Shown: positions 50,103 to 62,865 of the stretch, piece after piece
Numbering within the stretch: position 1 is the first letter of the stretch
How the letters are laid out: each line of letters opens with the position of its first letter
The notes under the pieces: generated by a model
Database searches by the model: none
What the model was told of the DNA's origin: nothing
Seen by the model: the letters and a program-made list of their open reading frames with translations, nothing else
DNA from: Camelus ferus
Lineage: Eukaryota
NCBI RefSeq assembly: GCF_009834535.1
Contig: NC_045724.1
Location: 20,770,001 to 20,834,000, forward strand
Length of the DNA: 64,000 nucleotides
Reading direction: 5' to 3'
Program-made: the position numbers and the translations under genes

Positions 50103-50589
50103 AAAAACATCCACTTTTTTCTAGCAAGTACTTCCTACTCTCATGAAGCGGCTTCATTATGCTCCCTCACCTCACATGCAAAGCTGCACTCATGGACTTT
50201 GATTTTCTGAAGAACATTCTGGGTGGATTTAATGGACAGGAAGATTAGGGACCCATGGCATAATGATAAATTAAGACCTGAGACCTGAAATCATAGGTTC
50301 CTCCTTTCATTTCTGCAAAACAGAATGTAATCAAGTGCAGTATGAAAGTTCACGGATGAAGAAAAGACCATGACATCCGTACACGTGCAGGTTAAACATC
50401 TGGATGCTAACAGGAGGAGCTGATGACATTATTTTATGCTCTGCCTCCGTCTGTCCTGTTCCCTGGCCACTGACAGCACCCCTAACTTGGTCTGTTCATC
50501 TCTCAAGTGAATAAGCCAAAAAGGCCCCAAATTCCCTGGATTGGTTTAATTCATATTTGCAGTCTAATTTCATCCTGAAAAGTATATTT

Positions 50590-50750
50590 TAAGTTAAGTA
50601 TCATTAACTCCATTTTATTGATGATGACCCTGAAGCCTAGAAAGTGTCAATATCTTACCTGGGGTGGGGGCGGGGTCAGACCTTTGATAAAATGGTGCTG
50701 CTGGGTTTTACCCCCTGAGCTTTAGAATCCAAGTTCAGGGACTTGTCCCC
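50590..50750 (-). mobile_element. MIR SINE
   Basis: 'tatcattaactccattttattgatgatgaccctgaagcctagaaagtgtcaatatcttacctgggg'. Confidence 0.55.
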
Positions 50751-52149
50751 TCACCAAACTACAGAGAATAAGTGACAATAGATGAGCAATGCACAGGTCG
50801 TAAATTTGGCTAATTGGCATCTTCTGCTTACACATAGGATAGTCCACTCAATTATCTGTTATCTAATAGTTGATTTAAATAATGATTAATAAGTACAATC
50901 ATGTTGTCAATTATGATTCATAGAACTGAGCCGGCGCCATGAAAAATAACCACAGGAATGTGACAGATGAGACAGGGGATTCGTCAAAGGCTCTCTGACC
51001 CACTCTCCTCAAGGACAAAAGTCAACAATTACTGTTTACATCGCAGTATTCCTCTATAGGACCTGTCTCAGGGGCAGGGCCATTGTCACTTTTCCTCAGA
51101 ATGCTGCTATTTTTAGCCTGGCTTCTAAAGGTAAGAAATTAGAGAGTGACCCGCCCCCGGCCCCTCTCCAAATCCAGCCCATCTCTTGCTGCTGCCAGAC
51201 GAATGAGAAGCATATGGGACAGCCCTCCGAAACCCCTCTCCCAACTCTCCAGCAGCCACAAGAAGAAGGTGTCTCTAGAAGTTACCTCAATGTATTCAGT
51301 ACAGACATTCCTGGAAGTCTGAGTAAAATGTGCGATTTTTTTTTAATTTTTAAAAATTGAGCACCTTCTTATATTTATCGGAATATATGACTATGTAAAG
51401 AAAAACCCTGTGAATGCTTTCATAACTTCAATATATTAGATTTCAAAGTTCGTGGGAAGAGCACAGAGTTTATGGGAACAGGACCTGGACTCAAGCTCTG
51501 CCTTCCCCTCGCCCTACCTTTCCAGAGTCGCTGGCTAGATGTCAGGGCTCTCAGCCTTACTTTTTTATAGGATTATTTTAAAGGTTGATTACAATGATTT
51601 GCATTCATGCACAATATGAACTGTAAATGTACTATGCAACTTAAATCATTCTCCCGTATTTCCTAAATTTACTCCTGCAAAAGAGAATGTAACAAAGTGG
51701 CAAGATGAAAGTGAACACCTTTGTAAAGTCACATATGCTTGTAATTGTTTTCTCATAGAGAGATGCAACTCTTTTTTTGGAATGAAATCCAATGTCCTCG
51801 AGATCTGAAAAAAAAACAGGCAGTCTTATCTTTCGCCGCTCTCAACCCAGGCTAGCCTAGAATCCCTCTTTCCTAGCTTCTATAATCTACCTTCACCACA
51901 CTTACTGAAGACTCTTTTTCAAAAATAAATTATGGACTATTGGCTTGAGCCTCCAAGCTCCCAGCCTGTAAGAATCTAGAGTATTCCTCATACCTTCTGC
52001 TACTCTCAGAGTATTTAACAGACCACAGTCCTTCTGTCCCACTGTACCACCTCGACTGAATCTCTCACTGCTCAGGGCAAAGAGAGCAGCTTTTTTTTTT
52101 TTTTTAACAATTTTTCCACAGATGATCCATTGTATCAGGCTTTTCACAA

Positions 52150-52570
52150 GGTTAGAGGTTTGCAGAGCACCTCACAACATTCAGCTTTCTTCCTCTTTTT
52201 CAGTTCTACCTCGACTAAGTTTATGCCCCTCCCCCAAATAGGACAACTGAACATCCTTCCCTTGGTTCCCTCGGAATGGTTCCATCCAGACACAGCAACT
52301 TCTAGGTATCTTCAGCACCCCCCCAAACCAAGCTCTTTTCAGTATTTTTCCGAGTAATCAGGATTCCCTTCATAGAATAATTTCTCCTCTCAGCTATTAA
52401 CATAAACTTTTCTGTCTTTGTCAGATTCATCCTTGTATAATTATTTGTTGACTATCTCTCCACTTGGACTATCAGTTCCATGAGGGACCATATCTCGTTT
52501 TCTCATCACTGAATTCCTAGCACCTATACATAAGTGCTCAGTAAACATTTGCTGATTGAAATTAATAAAT
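52150..52570 (+). mobile_element. L2 LINE 3' end
   Basis: 'gttccatgagggaccatatctcgttttctcatcactgaattcctagcacc...aagtgctcagtaaacatttgctgattgaa'. Confidence 0.7.
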
Positions 52571-53234
52571 GAGAATGAATAGAATCTAAAGGGGAGATAA
52601 GAAAGCAGGATACAGTGCAGGTAATTGTCAACTGACATTGGTTTCCAGTAAAGTTCTCTTTAAGTAGTTATGCTTCAGAAGTGGCCTCCCCATTCTCCAT
52701 CCTACTTGAAGAAGGAGGGGGAGGGGGAGGAGAAACAAAATAATTTAACAGTCGATACTTAGATTGCATTGGGTTTTTGAAATGAAATATCTTCTATTTT
52801 CCTCAGACAATTATTAAGTGTCATTTCTACTTTGTAGATTTAGGTAGATAGTCAATGAATAGGCTTCACAATGGGGATGCATTAGTGATAAAACACTGAA
52901 AAAAACTAGAAAAATTATTTAAAGGGCTAGAATTTCTGAAAATATATTCAAATAGTTTTACCATTTTGTGCTAGGCTTCAGCAAACCATTTATTGGCCTG
53001 AATTTCGAAATCAACAAAAATCCCTTTTGCTCTCTGCTCTGTTTTAAAGAATTTCCCAGTTTCTAGCTGGAATTAAATCAAAATCTGAAGTGGGCAGTGT
53101 ATGCCCTTTCTCTCGGTGATAAAGAAACCTAACAAATGGCACAATAGATTTTAATATTATGGGGAAACGCATCTGCCATTTGGTCTACTTTCATTCTGAT
53201 GAAATGGTTTGGGGTCAGCGCACAGTTGCAGCTC

Positions 53235-53405
53235 TTAAATGCAAATGCTGCGTGATGCGGGCGCACGGAATGACATCAGCGCCTTTGATGAGAGGACAGA
53301 ATCAATACGGAGGTCAAAAGTGCACAACGGGGAGGGGAGCCACAACCAGGCACAGGGATTCCCCCAGGTTACAGTTCCCCCGGGGAGACCGCGCAGGTGC
53401 ACGAG
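53235..53405. promoter_or_regulatory. Dense TF-motif cluster, putative enhancer
   Basis: ATGCAAAT 53239-53246, TGACATCA 53271-53278, CCTTTGAT 53282-53289, ATCAATA 53301-53307, AGGTCAaaAGTGCA 53311-53324 and GGGATTCCCC 53355-53364; locally CpG-enriched. Confidence 0.5.
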
Positions 53406-54764
53406 CATGCTTAACACGAGGTGGTGGGGGGGGCACCTACCTACACAGCAAAGGACCGGCTCGTGATGGTTTTTCTCTACCCACCCTCATCTCTGCGCCG
53501 ACTTGATTGGATTATGTTGCAAAGTTTGCTAACAAAATGCTGACACGTAAGACCAAACTTTCAGAAAATCAATACCAAATAATTGCCGAGGCCACGCTGG
53601 AAGATAAACTTATCCTGGGCATTATGTACCTTCGGTTCTAGAGTGTGGTAAGCCCCGAGCCCAGGGAGCTAAGCTGTTCTTACTGTGCATAATATACCTT
53701 TATATATCAGCAGGCAGCACAAATCATTTCCTTCCCCGCTGTTCAATACCCGGTGATTCCATCTCGTCTATATTCATTTTTCGTACCAGACTGATGCCCT
53801 TAAATGCTATGCTGCTGTCAGTTCTTGGATATCCCTTACCTGGCAGCCAAAGGCAGTGCTCAGGGATGAATCTCTTGTCCCCACAGTAAATGTCTCCCAG
53901 TGGTGGTATAGTTTGATAAGTTTAAGAAATAGACCACGATATCAACCATACTGTAGTTTCCATAAAATTCTGTCCTGCGGAATGCATCTCTCAATTTATT
54001 TTTATACTGGATGGATAAGCGATGAGGTGAAACAGATACCAGAGGCCCTTTGTTATTGCAATGTTTCAATAAAATGATTTCTGCATCAAACAATATTAAA
54101 AGTCAAGATATCAAACCAATTGTAATAAAGCATGTATGCTTGTTTATACTTCAGTGGCAAGAGCTGTTCTGTTACATAAATGAGAGCAAGAATCATGTAA
54201 TTTCTCACGTTTCAAAACTTAATTTTCCCCTCCCCCAATTAAAAAAAAAAAAAGATTTATCTTTTGGGTCATAGCTGTGTGTCTTCTATAGTATTGCTTC
54301 CAAAATGTGATTTCAAGCTTAGACAACAAAGCAATGACCTAAGAAAAAGCAGTTCAGTTGCCAAATGTTTGAACTCGTGACTCCTACTCCATACACTGTC
54401 TTTTTTATTATTGTGTTAAGAAAAATAGATAGCTGAAAATATTTCAATAAAAATAACAGGCATGCCTATTCAAAACTCTTCGGATGCTAAATTCCTGCCA
54501 GCCGTGTTCATCTCAAAGACATCATATTCACATTTATAGAAAAATCTACCACATAATATAATTTGGAGATGCAGGCATAGAACAGGGGGGAATGCCAGGA
54601 ATAAAAAGAAACTGTGTCAAGGTATTTTAGCATGAAATTGGCTTGAACAGGAGAAAAAAAAAAGAAAAGGAGCTTATAATAACTGGCTCTGGAATCCATA
54701 TTCACCTCCTTAGAAATATATTAATTTTACATGATTGTTCCTTTGCACTTTGTGACAGAAAGCA

Positions 54765-54960
54765 AGGCCCTGTTAACATTAGTCCAGCATCGTCTTTAAT
54801 CACATTAATTCAGTAACATGTTGTAATTGGAAGATGAAAGACTCGTGCTTTATTTACATAAATATAAACGATAAATGAGCAATTCCTGGATTGGACCAAA
54901 TCAATACACACTGCATTGTCACGTTGACCTCCCTAGCCTCAAGGTCAATAAATGTGCGAA
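54765..54960. promoter_or_regulatory. Putative endoderm/liver-type enhancer
   Basis: HNF1-like GTTAACATTAG 54772-54782, FOX TATTTAC 54851-54857, ONECUT ATCAATA 54900-54906 and NR5A/ERR TCAAGGTCA 54939-54947. Confidence 0.4.
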
Positions 54961-55989
54961 TCCTCAGAATAATATCCCATCAAAACCAGAGGCGAGTCTC
55001 CGAGTCCCCCGGGATGTTTCCATCACTCCTTTATCTACTAGTCTGAGGCCAGCTGATGAATGTGTGACCATACTAGATAGATGAAACGCAATGTTTGGAA
55101 CTGAGGGGAAAGACCAGCCTTGGTGACCACCGGCTGCTGTCTAGGGTGTCTCGCTGCCTGCACTGGAGGGGGAGTTAGCCTGCCCTTACCCGCCACGTGA
55201 GTGGACCACAGAAGGGAGCACGCACAGTGATGCGTCAGCTTAGCGTCCTGACTTGAGGACCAAGAATGTAATTTATTAACAACTGGAAACCTGGCACAAA
55301 CATACCATATCTACAGCGACCCACTAGAATTTTCTGTCTTGTCGCCAAATTGTGCCTTTCTGCCAGGAAATGACAAACTTGTGAAGAATATGTGTTTCTT
55401 CTCCTTATTAACAACTCACGATGCAGTCAGTTAGTCAACGTTACCTAAAACTGCCCTAAGAAATTGGACCAGCCTAAGATTATAGAGGGGAAAAAAAAAA
55501 CCTACCATCGTAGCAGCTTATTGGAAAAGAAAAGCAAGATTACTCTTATATAGCGACTCATAAATTACTATCAAAATGACACTATCCACAATATCCAAAT
55601 ATCAGAATAAAATAAAATCAACAAATATTTATTGATGAGCTACAAATCCAGGCTGTTCATTAGAACAAAGGTTTAGGATCATTTACTCTTTGACGGCAAT
55701 TTATCATCTGATGGAAGATTAACAAAATGCAAAGACTGAGAGGGATAAAAAGATTCATGGGAAATTACACCAAAAAAAAATATATATATATATAAAATAC
55801 ATTAAAAAGACGGGCTATCTTATCCCTAAGGCAACTTGAAAAGGAGTTCACTTTTGAAAGCTAAAAAATTACCCAAGAAGAAAAAGCTTATATTTCTGAC
55901 TCCATGGGACCTAAGATTTAAAGATTAATTTTTTAAAAGAAGGGGATATAGAAGCATGTTCAAGAGCAGTGTTTTAAATTTAAAAAATT

Positions 55990-56285
55990 TTAATATACAT
56001 TTTGAAAGCACTTGATATTTGAAATCCAAGGTATTATTGTGAATTTGTGTACAAGAGTGGAATTACAGTTGTTTTATCTTTTTAGGGTACACATTAAAAT
56101 TACAGGAGAAAAGAATATGTCTGAAATTTGCTTTAAAACAATCCAGAGAGAAGTGAGTTCTGTTTATGAAACAAGATTTACCACGAATTGCTAACTGTTA
56201 AAGATGGTTGATGGGCTTATGAAGGAGAATCATTACACTCTTCTCTCTACTTGTGTATAAGCTTGAAATTTCATAATTTACATGT
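55990..56285 (+). mobile_element. Old L1ME 3' fragment
   Basis: 'gaaacaagatttaccacgaattgctaactgttaaagatggttgatgggcttatg...cttctctctacttgtgtataagcttgaaatttcataat'. Confidence 0.6.
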
Positions 56286-56509
56286 GTATGTAAAATGTAT
56301 TTACACACCTTTTAAATGTATATAAATTATAAATATATACATATGCATATAAAAATTTATATATATGTATATAAAAATTTATATATAAAAATTTATATGT
56401 ATGTAATACACACTTGCATTAGCAACACCGTGAAGTAGGTTTATCTCTACCCAACGCTGAACCCTGGTTCCCCAACTTTTTTGTTGAAAATCTTTAAGTC
56501 TTGCTGAAG

Positions 56510-56960
56510 TGTTCAGGAGTAATCAATTCCATATTCACTATATGTCAGGCCTTGTGTTGGTTTTGAAGACACAATGATCACTGGCAAGGCTTCTGTCTAC
56601 ACGGAGCTTCAATTGTAGAGGAGACAGGCATTTATCAAGCATGCACATGAATAAGCAAGAGAACTACAAATTGTGATCAATACTCTGAGGAAAATAAACA
56701 GAAATAAGACAGAGAGAAAACTGGAGAAAGTCGCTTAAAGGATGGTGGTCAGAGAGTTCCTCTTTATGGAGGTGACATTGGAGCCAAGTCCTGAAAGATG
56801 AGAATGGACCAACCATGTAGATGCTGGAAAACATTTAAGGCAGAGCGATTAGTTCAAGTCATGATCCTAAGATGAGAACAAGCGTAATACGTTTAAAGAC
56901 CCAAAGGTCAGTTTGGTTGGAACGTAGGGCTGACCACACTTGGTAATGGATTACGTGAGG
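56510..56960 (-). mobile_element. L2 LINE remnant
   Basis: 'tatgtcaggccttgtgttgg...ggaggtgacattggagccaagtcctgaaagatgagaa'. Confidence 0.6.
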
Positions 56961-58961
56961 GACGTGAGAGAAATGTAGACTTTACCTTTATTTCATGTAT
57001 TCATCCATCTATCTATCTATTCACCCTATGTATCTGCCTATATATCTTTACATAACATGCATTCTTTATACCCATAGATATAATATATATATTACTCCAA
57101 TACAAATAATGTATTTTATGTTCTAAATACAGAATATATAACTTTAAATTGAAACTACATTTTTTTTTATTACAAAGGCAATACAAGTTCACTGAGGAAA
57201 AACTAGAAAATAAGCAAAAATAAGAAAATGATGATGAACGATCCTTTAACGTCCCCACAAAGAAAGAGCCACCATTACCATACTATTCTTTTAATCCTTC
57301 CCTTCCATATTTTTAGATAAAATAATGTAAAAAAAACTATACAAAATTTAATCTGGTTTATTTCACTTAACAATAGAGTGCGAATAGCTTCCATCGCAAC
57401 TATTTATTACATAATACATTGTGTGGATAATTTATTTAACCCACTCTCCAACATTTAGCATGTAGATTACTTCTTTTTTTTTCATGGTTATCTAACACTC
57501 TTATACAAAACTGCATAAATTTTTAATGATTTCCTTATGATACAGCTCTAAAAGGGGGATGACTTAGCCAAAATCCATGCACACCTTTCCAATACACATC
57601 AAAAGAAAAATAATTATCTCCACGTTATTCAAAACTCCTTTCTGTTCTGTTTTAATTCTAGATCTTCGAACTTCTACTGTCTGCTGGCTTGAATCCTCAC
57701 ATAGAACGTATTCCCCCAGGATGGTGTTTAGAAACAAACCCACACAGACAGACTTTGATATTTCTTTTAATAAGATGTGTTGAATTCATCCTTCATGTAA
57801 AGAAAAAGGGGTGGGGGGCAGAAGGGGGCTTTCTTCCTCTCTTTCACTTGGAGACCATATTTAGCCTATGTGATAAACCCTAAATTAATTTAGAGTTCAA
57901 CATTTAGAATTGGGAGGAAATTTAGAGTTTTCTTATTCTAGTTCTTCTCCCCTAATCGATGGAGTTTGCCAATGTCCCAATTAAATTACAGTGCTCAGAA
58001 ATGACCGTGACTTTATTCCCCAGGATCTGAATACTGTACTTCAATTAATGCTGCCTACAGTTAGAATCTTTACCTACATCTTGCTGTTAAAAAATAAAGA
58101 ATAGATGTGTTTTTTTTTTTTTTTTTTACTAGTTGGCCTTCAGTTTTCTCCTAATAATTTCATCTTCTCAAGATTTCTGTCCTTGGGTCTGCAGCACACA
58201 CACCCAAAGTTGACTGCCTCTTAAGTATCTTGAAACGTTTTGGAATTCTTTCTACAGTTAATCCTTTGTTCCTCTCTTCCTTTCTTCTTTTTCTTTGTTT
58301 ATTTTCCTTTTATGCAACTACTCACTTGTTTTCCTTGTGTTAAATGCATATATTCAGGGCCATGCTCTTCTGGAAGGGGGAGGTATACACAAAACAGGAC
58401 AGGAAGAGACAGCCATCCATTCCCAAGGTTTGTTCAAGACTCTTCTCTAGGACTTGTCCTTGTTCACCATGGAAGAACTAGCCCTGGTGTCGACTTAAAC
58501 GTAGGGTGCACACTGACTTTCAAAAAGAAATGTAGCATTTTTGTTAGGACCAAACCATCTTAAAGTTCGTCACTTGAAACAAAGCTAATGGAGGTCCTCA
58601 GGCATGGATAAAGGATTTAATTTTGTATTTACATGTCCAGCCCCCTCATTAGACTGTGAGTCTCTCAAATCAGGGGCTGTATTTATTGATTCTTCTTTTT
58701 CCAGGACTCTGAAAAATGCCTGGCATGAAGGGTTACTAGAAATATTTGTTGAAAGGGTGATTAATAAGTAAATGAATGAGCAGATTTCATGGCACAAATC
58801 ATTTAAAGTACTTATAGGGTAAGAAGGTTGCTTTTCAAATTTGTGGTCTTAGATTAAATTAATATTTGTAGAAACCATCTGACTCTCCTTGCAGTGAGTG
58901 CGTGACTCACCCACACATTGAGCACCCCCCACACACAATTACCTTTATTTTAAACAGTTTA

Positions 58962-59118
58962 CTTTTTACTTTTTTTAACTGAAGCGTAGTTACTGTACAA
59001 CGTTATATAATTTACAGGTGTACAATATAGTAGTTCACAATTTTTAAAGGTTATACTCCATTTATAGTTATTGTAAAAGATTGGCTAAATTCCCGTGTTG
59101 TATAATATATCCTTGTAG
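58962..59118 (-). mobile_element. 5'-truncated LINE-1 3' end with 18-bp TSD
   Basis: Reversed L1 3' terminus ('ttacaggtgtacaatatagtagttcacaatttttaaaggttatactccatttatagttattgtaaaa') flanked by an exact tttattttaaacagttta at 58944-58961 and 59119-59136. Confidence 0.9.
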
Positions 59119-60219
59119 TTTATTTTAAACAGTTTAAATGCACAAACCTATGCTTACTTTTTTGTGACTATCTTAATTTCTCTATAAAAAACATTAACCA
59201 TTGTTGTACAAAATTACCATGTTCACAACTGCTGCCTTATGACTTTAATAATTTACTTGGGAATCAAAAACCATTTCTTTGAATATTATGTGCCATAAAC
59301 CATTTGATCTGTTAAGCATGAAATAATTTTGATTTCTTCTTTTCCAGTTGAAATTTTTGACTAAATTATGTAGAAACATTCTCTATGACTATTTGTTCTC
59401 AAAACTTCAGGTCATATTCAAGATGAGAATGAAAACAAATAGTCCAATTTGCTTTTGAAATTTTGGTATATACTTTAAACATTCTAATAATTCCACCTTT
59501 TCTTAGGTAAAATTTTCCATTTTGTTCAAAGGGACACCTTCTGCACTTCAGAACAGTGTTGTTTTGTTTTGGTAGTTCTTTCTGCCCACTCTTGATTCTT
59601 CTTTCTTAGGCAGGAACTTAGTCTCATAAATTTACAGCAGTCAATCTCCTCCAACCTCCATTCTTTTCAGTTTATGTGACGTGGCCCCAAATGAGTCTTG
59701 CTTAGAATGCATAAGCCTTCTCTTAGGAATCTTTGTTCTCAACCCAGATCTCTGTTTCCTGATTGTGAAACTTACCTTAGTTTGCTATTTCAAAGTCAGT
59801 GCATTTCTCTGCACCACCCGTTTTAAAATTATGCATAGATTATGTGCCATTTCATTGTTTATTCATGATTCTGAAGTTTCACGGCCCCCAAGTGAAGGAT
59901 GCAAAAGGTCGTATGTATCACTCTCTGGAATTGCAGGTGCAGCTTCATTTATGTTTAGAAGTGTGGCCAAGATTTGAATTTGGCCTTTTACCTTTTTCAT
60001 ATTTAGCATAAGATTATAGGTTTACAGTTCTGCCACAACACCCTTACCAGGAATGTTCACAATTCTAAATACTGCTGTATGATCTTAGCAAACTCCTATT
60101 CAACCTCTGCTGTCCACTCACCATGAAGGTTCCTTTGACTCCTGAAGGAAACGTTGGCCATTGATTCCTTGTGCTTTGAGGTGCGCATCTGCCAGTTGAC
60201 CACTTTGATATCACTGCTT

Positions 60220-60660
60220 CTTTCTTCTGATGACTGCATCCTGGGTAAGCATCCTCCTCCCCCTGCTTCAAGTCCATCAGGTTCCTTCAGCAGTTCATGA
60301 CAGAGGCCTGAGTAACTGGCATATTCCATTCCCATGGCCTCAGCGATGGGTTCCGGAAGGGGCATGAGATCTAAACCAGGCCGACATGAATCATGGAAGG
60401 AACTTTTATTGGAATTGGTGGGAAAGATGTGCATTTGCTAATGAGATTGCTAAATTGAGGATGATAACGGCCTGGAGCTATCAGGAGCTGTGCTGTCTAT
60501 GAATAATGCCAGGTGGATAAAGAAGCCAAGGCAGAGGAAAAACAAACTGAGACAGAGAGAGAGAGAGAGACAGACCAGAGGCTGACTTGCTCCGCAGCCC
60601 TGATACCATTGCAGTTGTGCACTGTCACTGTTAGTGTTATTTTTAGCCAGGCCTTACACA
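60220..60660 (+). mobile_element. MaLR LTR (MLT1-type)
   Basis: 'cccatggcctcagcgatgggttccggaaggggcatgagatctaaaccaggcc...gaagccaaggcagaggaaaaacaaactgagacagagag'. Confidence 0.6.
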
Positions 60661-60813
60661 CACTGCACTGTGAGCTCCTCAAGAGTACCACTGATGCTCA
60701 CCAGGGTTTTGAATTTGATTTTCTGTTCACACCTTTCTCAACCAGGTCTTCCTATATCAACCACAAAGCACACACAGATTTGCTGACTGCTTTTTCAATT
60801 CACCCAAAGGAGG

Positions 60814-61363
60814 TGTCATGGTCAATTTTCATGTTAACTTGACTGGATCACGCAGTGACCAGACAGTTTGGCTAAACATCATTCCTGGCTTTATCTGTGA
60901 GCATGCTTCCAAATGAAACCAGCATTTGAATTGGTGGACGTGGGAAAACAGCTTCCCCTCCGCAGTGTGGGTGAGCATCACCCGATCCGCTGAGGGCCTG
61001 AATAAAACAGAAAGACAGAGGAAAGAAAAACCCACCCCTTCCTGCCTGCCTGCTTCTGTTGGAACATGGATTTCCTCCTGCCCTGGACACTCCCGCTTTG
61101 CAGACTTTCGAATTGAGATTGAGTTACTCCACTGGCTTTCCTGGGTCTCCAGCTTACAAATGGCAGTTCATGGGACTTCTCAGCCTCATACTAATGTGAG
61201 CCAATTCCTTAAAATAAATCTCCTTACATATATAATATAATACATAATTGCATATATAATACAATACATAATTACATGTATAATATAATATAATATAATA
61301 TAATATAATATAATATAATATATCCTATTGGTTTTATTTCTCCGGAGAACTCTGACTAATACA
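60814..61363 (+). mobile_element. ERVL LTR (MLT2-type), essentially complete, with an internal (TATAA)n expansion
   Basis: Starts 'tgtcatggtcaattttcatgttaacttgactgg' and ends 'tcctattggttttatttctccggagaactctgactaataca'. Confidence 0.85.
61228..61322. repeat. (TATAA)n / TA-rich tandem repeat
   Basis: Pure TATAA array at ~61279-61321 with degenerate units upstream. Confidence 0.9.
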
Positions 61364-61599
61364 GTTTAGTCATACCTAATACCGCCCTAGATGCCCAGGA
61401 ATCACATTAATTCATTATGCACAGTGGATGCCTGAGGACATTCAGGCTTAACTTCCTCACAGATCCTCCCCTCCTTGAAAAGGCCTTATTTTTTTTTCTG
61501 TGGTTTCTAATGACTTCCATATTTTCATATATAAAAAATTTTTATTTCTTCCTATATTACCCAGCTCTTGTTTCTATGCTCCAGACACTAGTAAATATA

Positions 61600-62000
61600 T
61601 TTAGTTAGCCTTTCAAACCGTATACATGCAGATGTGAAGTCATCATATTTGTCCCCAAAAGCGCTTCTCTCCCTGGATCTCCCTTCAGTCAATGTCACCA
61701 GAAAACGGGCAGTCATTCTAGACCACTTCCTCATCCCATAAATTGCAACAGTACTTAGTCCTGTAGATTCAAACTCCTCAAATATTCCTTAAATCTATAT
61801 TCCCAATTCAATCTCTATTGCCAATGCCAGAGTTGGGCTCCTTATTTCATATCCAGACCATTTTTTTGAATCTCCAAAATTTTTTCCTCCTTCCAGCCTC
61901 TGTTTCTTCACACCCATCCTTTATAGCCCCACCAGGAACATCTTTCTAAAATATAACTCTGACCATGTGTTTCTTGTCTCCCCTACTCTTCAGAGACAGA
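61600..62000 (+). mobile_element. L2 LINE remnant
   Basis: 'ccagaaaacgggcagtcattctagaccacttcctc...gtcctgtagattcaaactcctcaaatattcc'. Confidence 0.6.
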
Positions 62001-62749
62001 GTTAAGGTTCAGACCAGGTTTGCCTATTCTAAAACCTATCTTTTCTGTATGTCACATTCCACTTCTTGAGTTCACATAGAATAAGAATCATCACACACTT
62101 TTTTTTTAGACATGGAGCTTAAAAAAATCATGGGCATGTCAAAAATGGAAAACACAAGGTAGAATTATTCTGGTTAAAGCAGGAGAAAAAAATACTTAGA
62201 AACCACGCCTCTCAGCCTCTTCATGACCCCTTCACATTTCCACAGAGTGCTTTTGTACAAATCACTCACCCATTTTTCAGATGAGCAAACTAAGGCCAGT
62301 CAGGATTCAGTGTCCTGCCCTGTCACCGTCTCTCTCATCTGGGATTCAGCCCTCTTCCCACTCTATCAATCTGCCTCCCTGAAACATGACATATAGTCTG
62401 TTATTTTGAAGAATTTATATCATAGGTTTATGAACAAGGGGAACTAATTTTTTAATTGAAACTGCTGAAAACCTTTGAATAAAGCATATCATTTTTTGAT
62501 AATGCCAAATAGCCATCCTTCTGATTCATCTGTTTCCGAAGTTTGGCTGGCACTTATCAAATTTTCCCGTGGCCTAGATTTCATTATCACTTGATCTACC
62601 CAAGGCAGCTACATTCCACCCTCCATGACAGCCGGCTTATTTGTAAGGAGCTGTTTGGCCTCTGTCTGTACGATTTCTTCTGGATATGTATTCTTAGAAA
62701 AGCCAAATTTGGTGGTGGCCTTTACCTCTAAATCTCCTTTGAAAAATTA

Positions 62750-62865
62750 TGATTGTTAATTGAGGTATAATTGACATAAAACGTTATATTAGTTTCAAAT
62801 GTACAACAAACAATTGAACATTTGTATATATTGCAAAATGATCACCACAATAAGTGTATAATTAC
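62750..62865 (-). mobile_element. LINE-1 3' terminal fragment
   Basis: 'aattgaggtataattgacataaaacgttatattagtttcaaatgtacaac...gtatatattgcaaaatgatcaccacaataagt'. Confidence 0.8.

Noticed and set aside
686-53246. Several scattered ATGCAAAT octamers (686, 15694, 20136, 26770, 42043)
   Set aside because: This number is about what chance gives in AT-rich 64 kb. Only the one inside the 53.3 kb cluster is retained.
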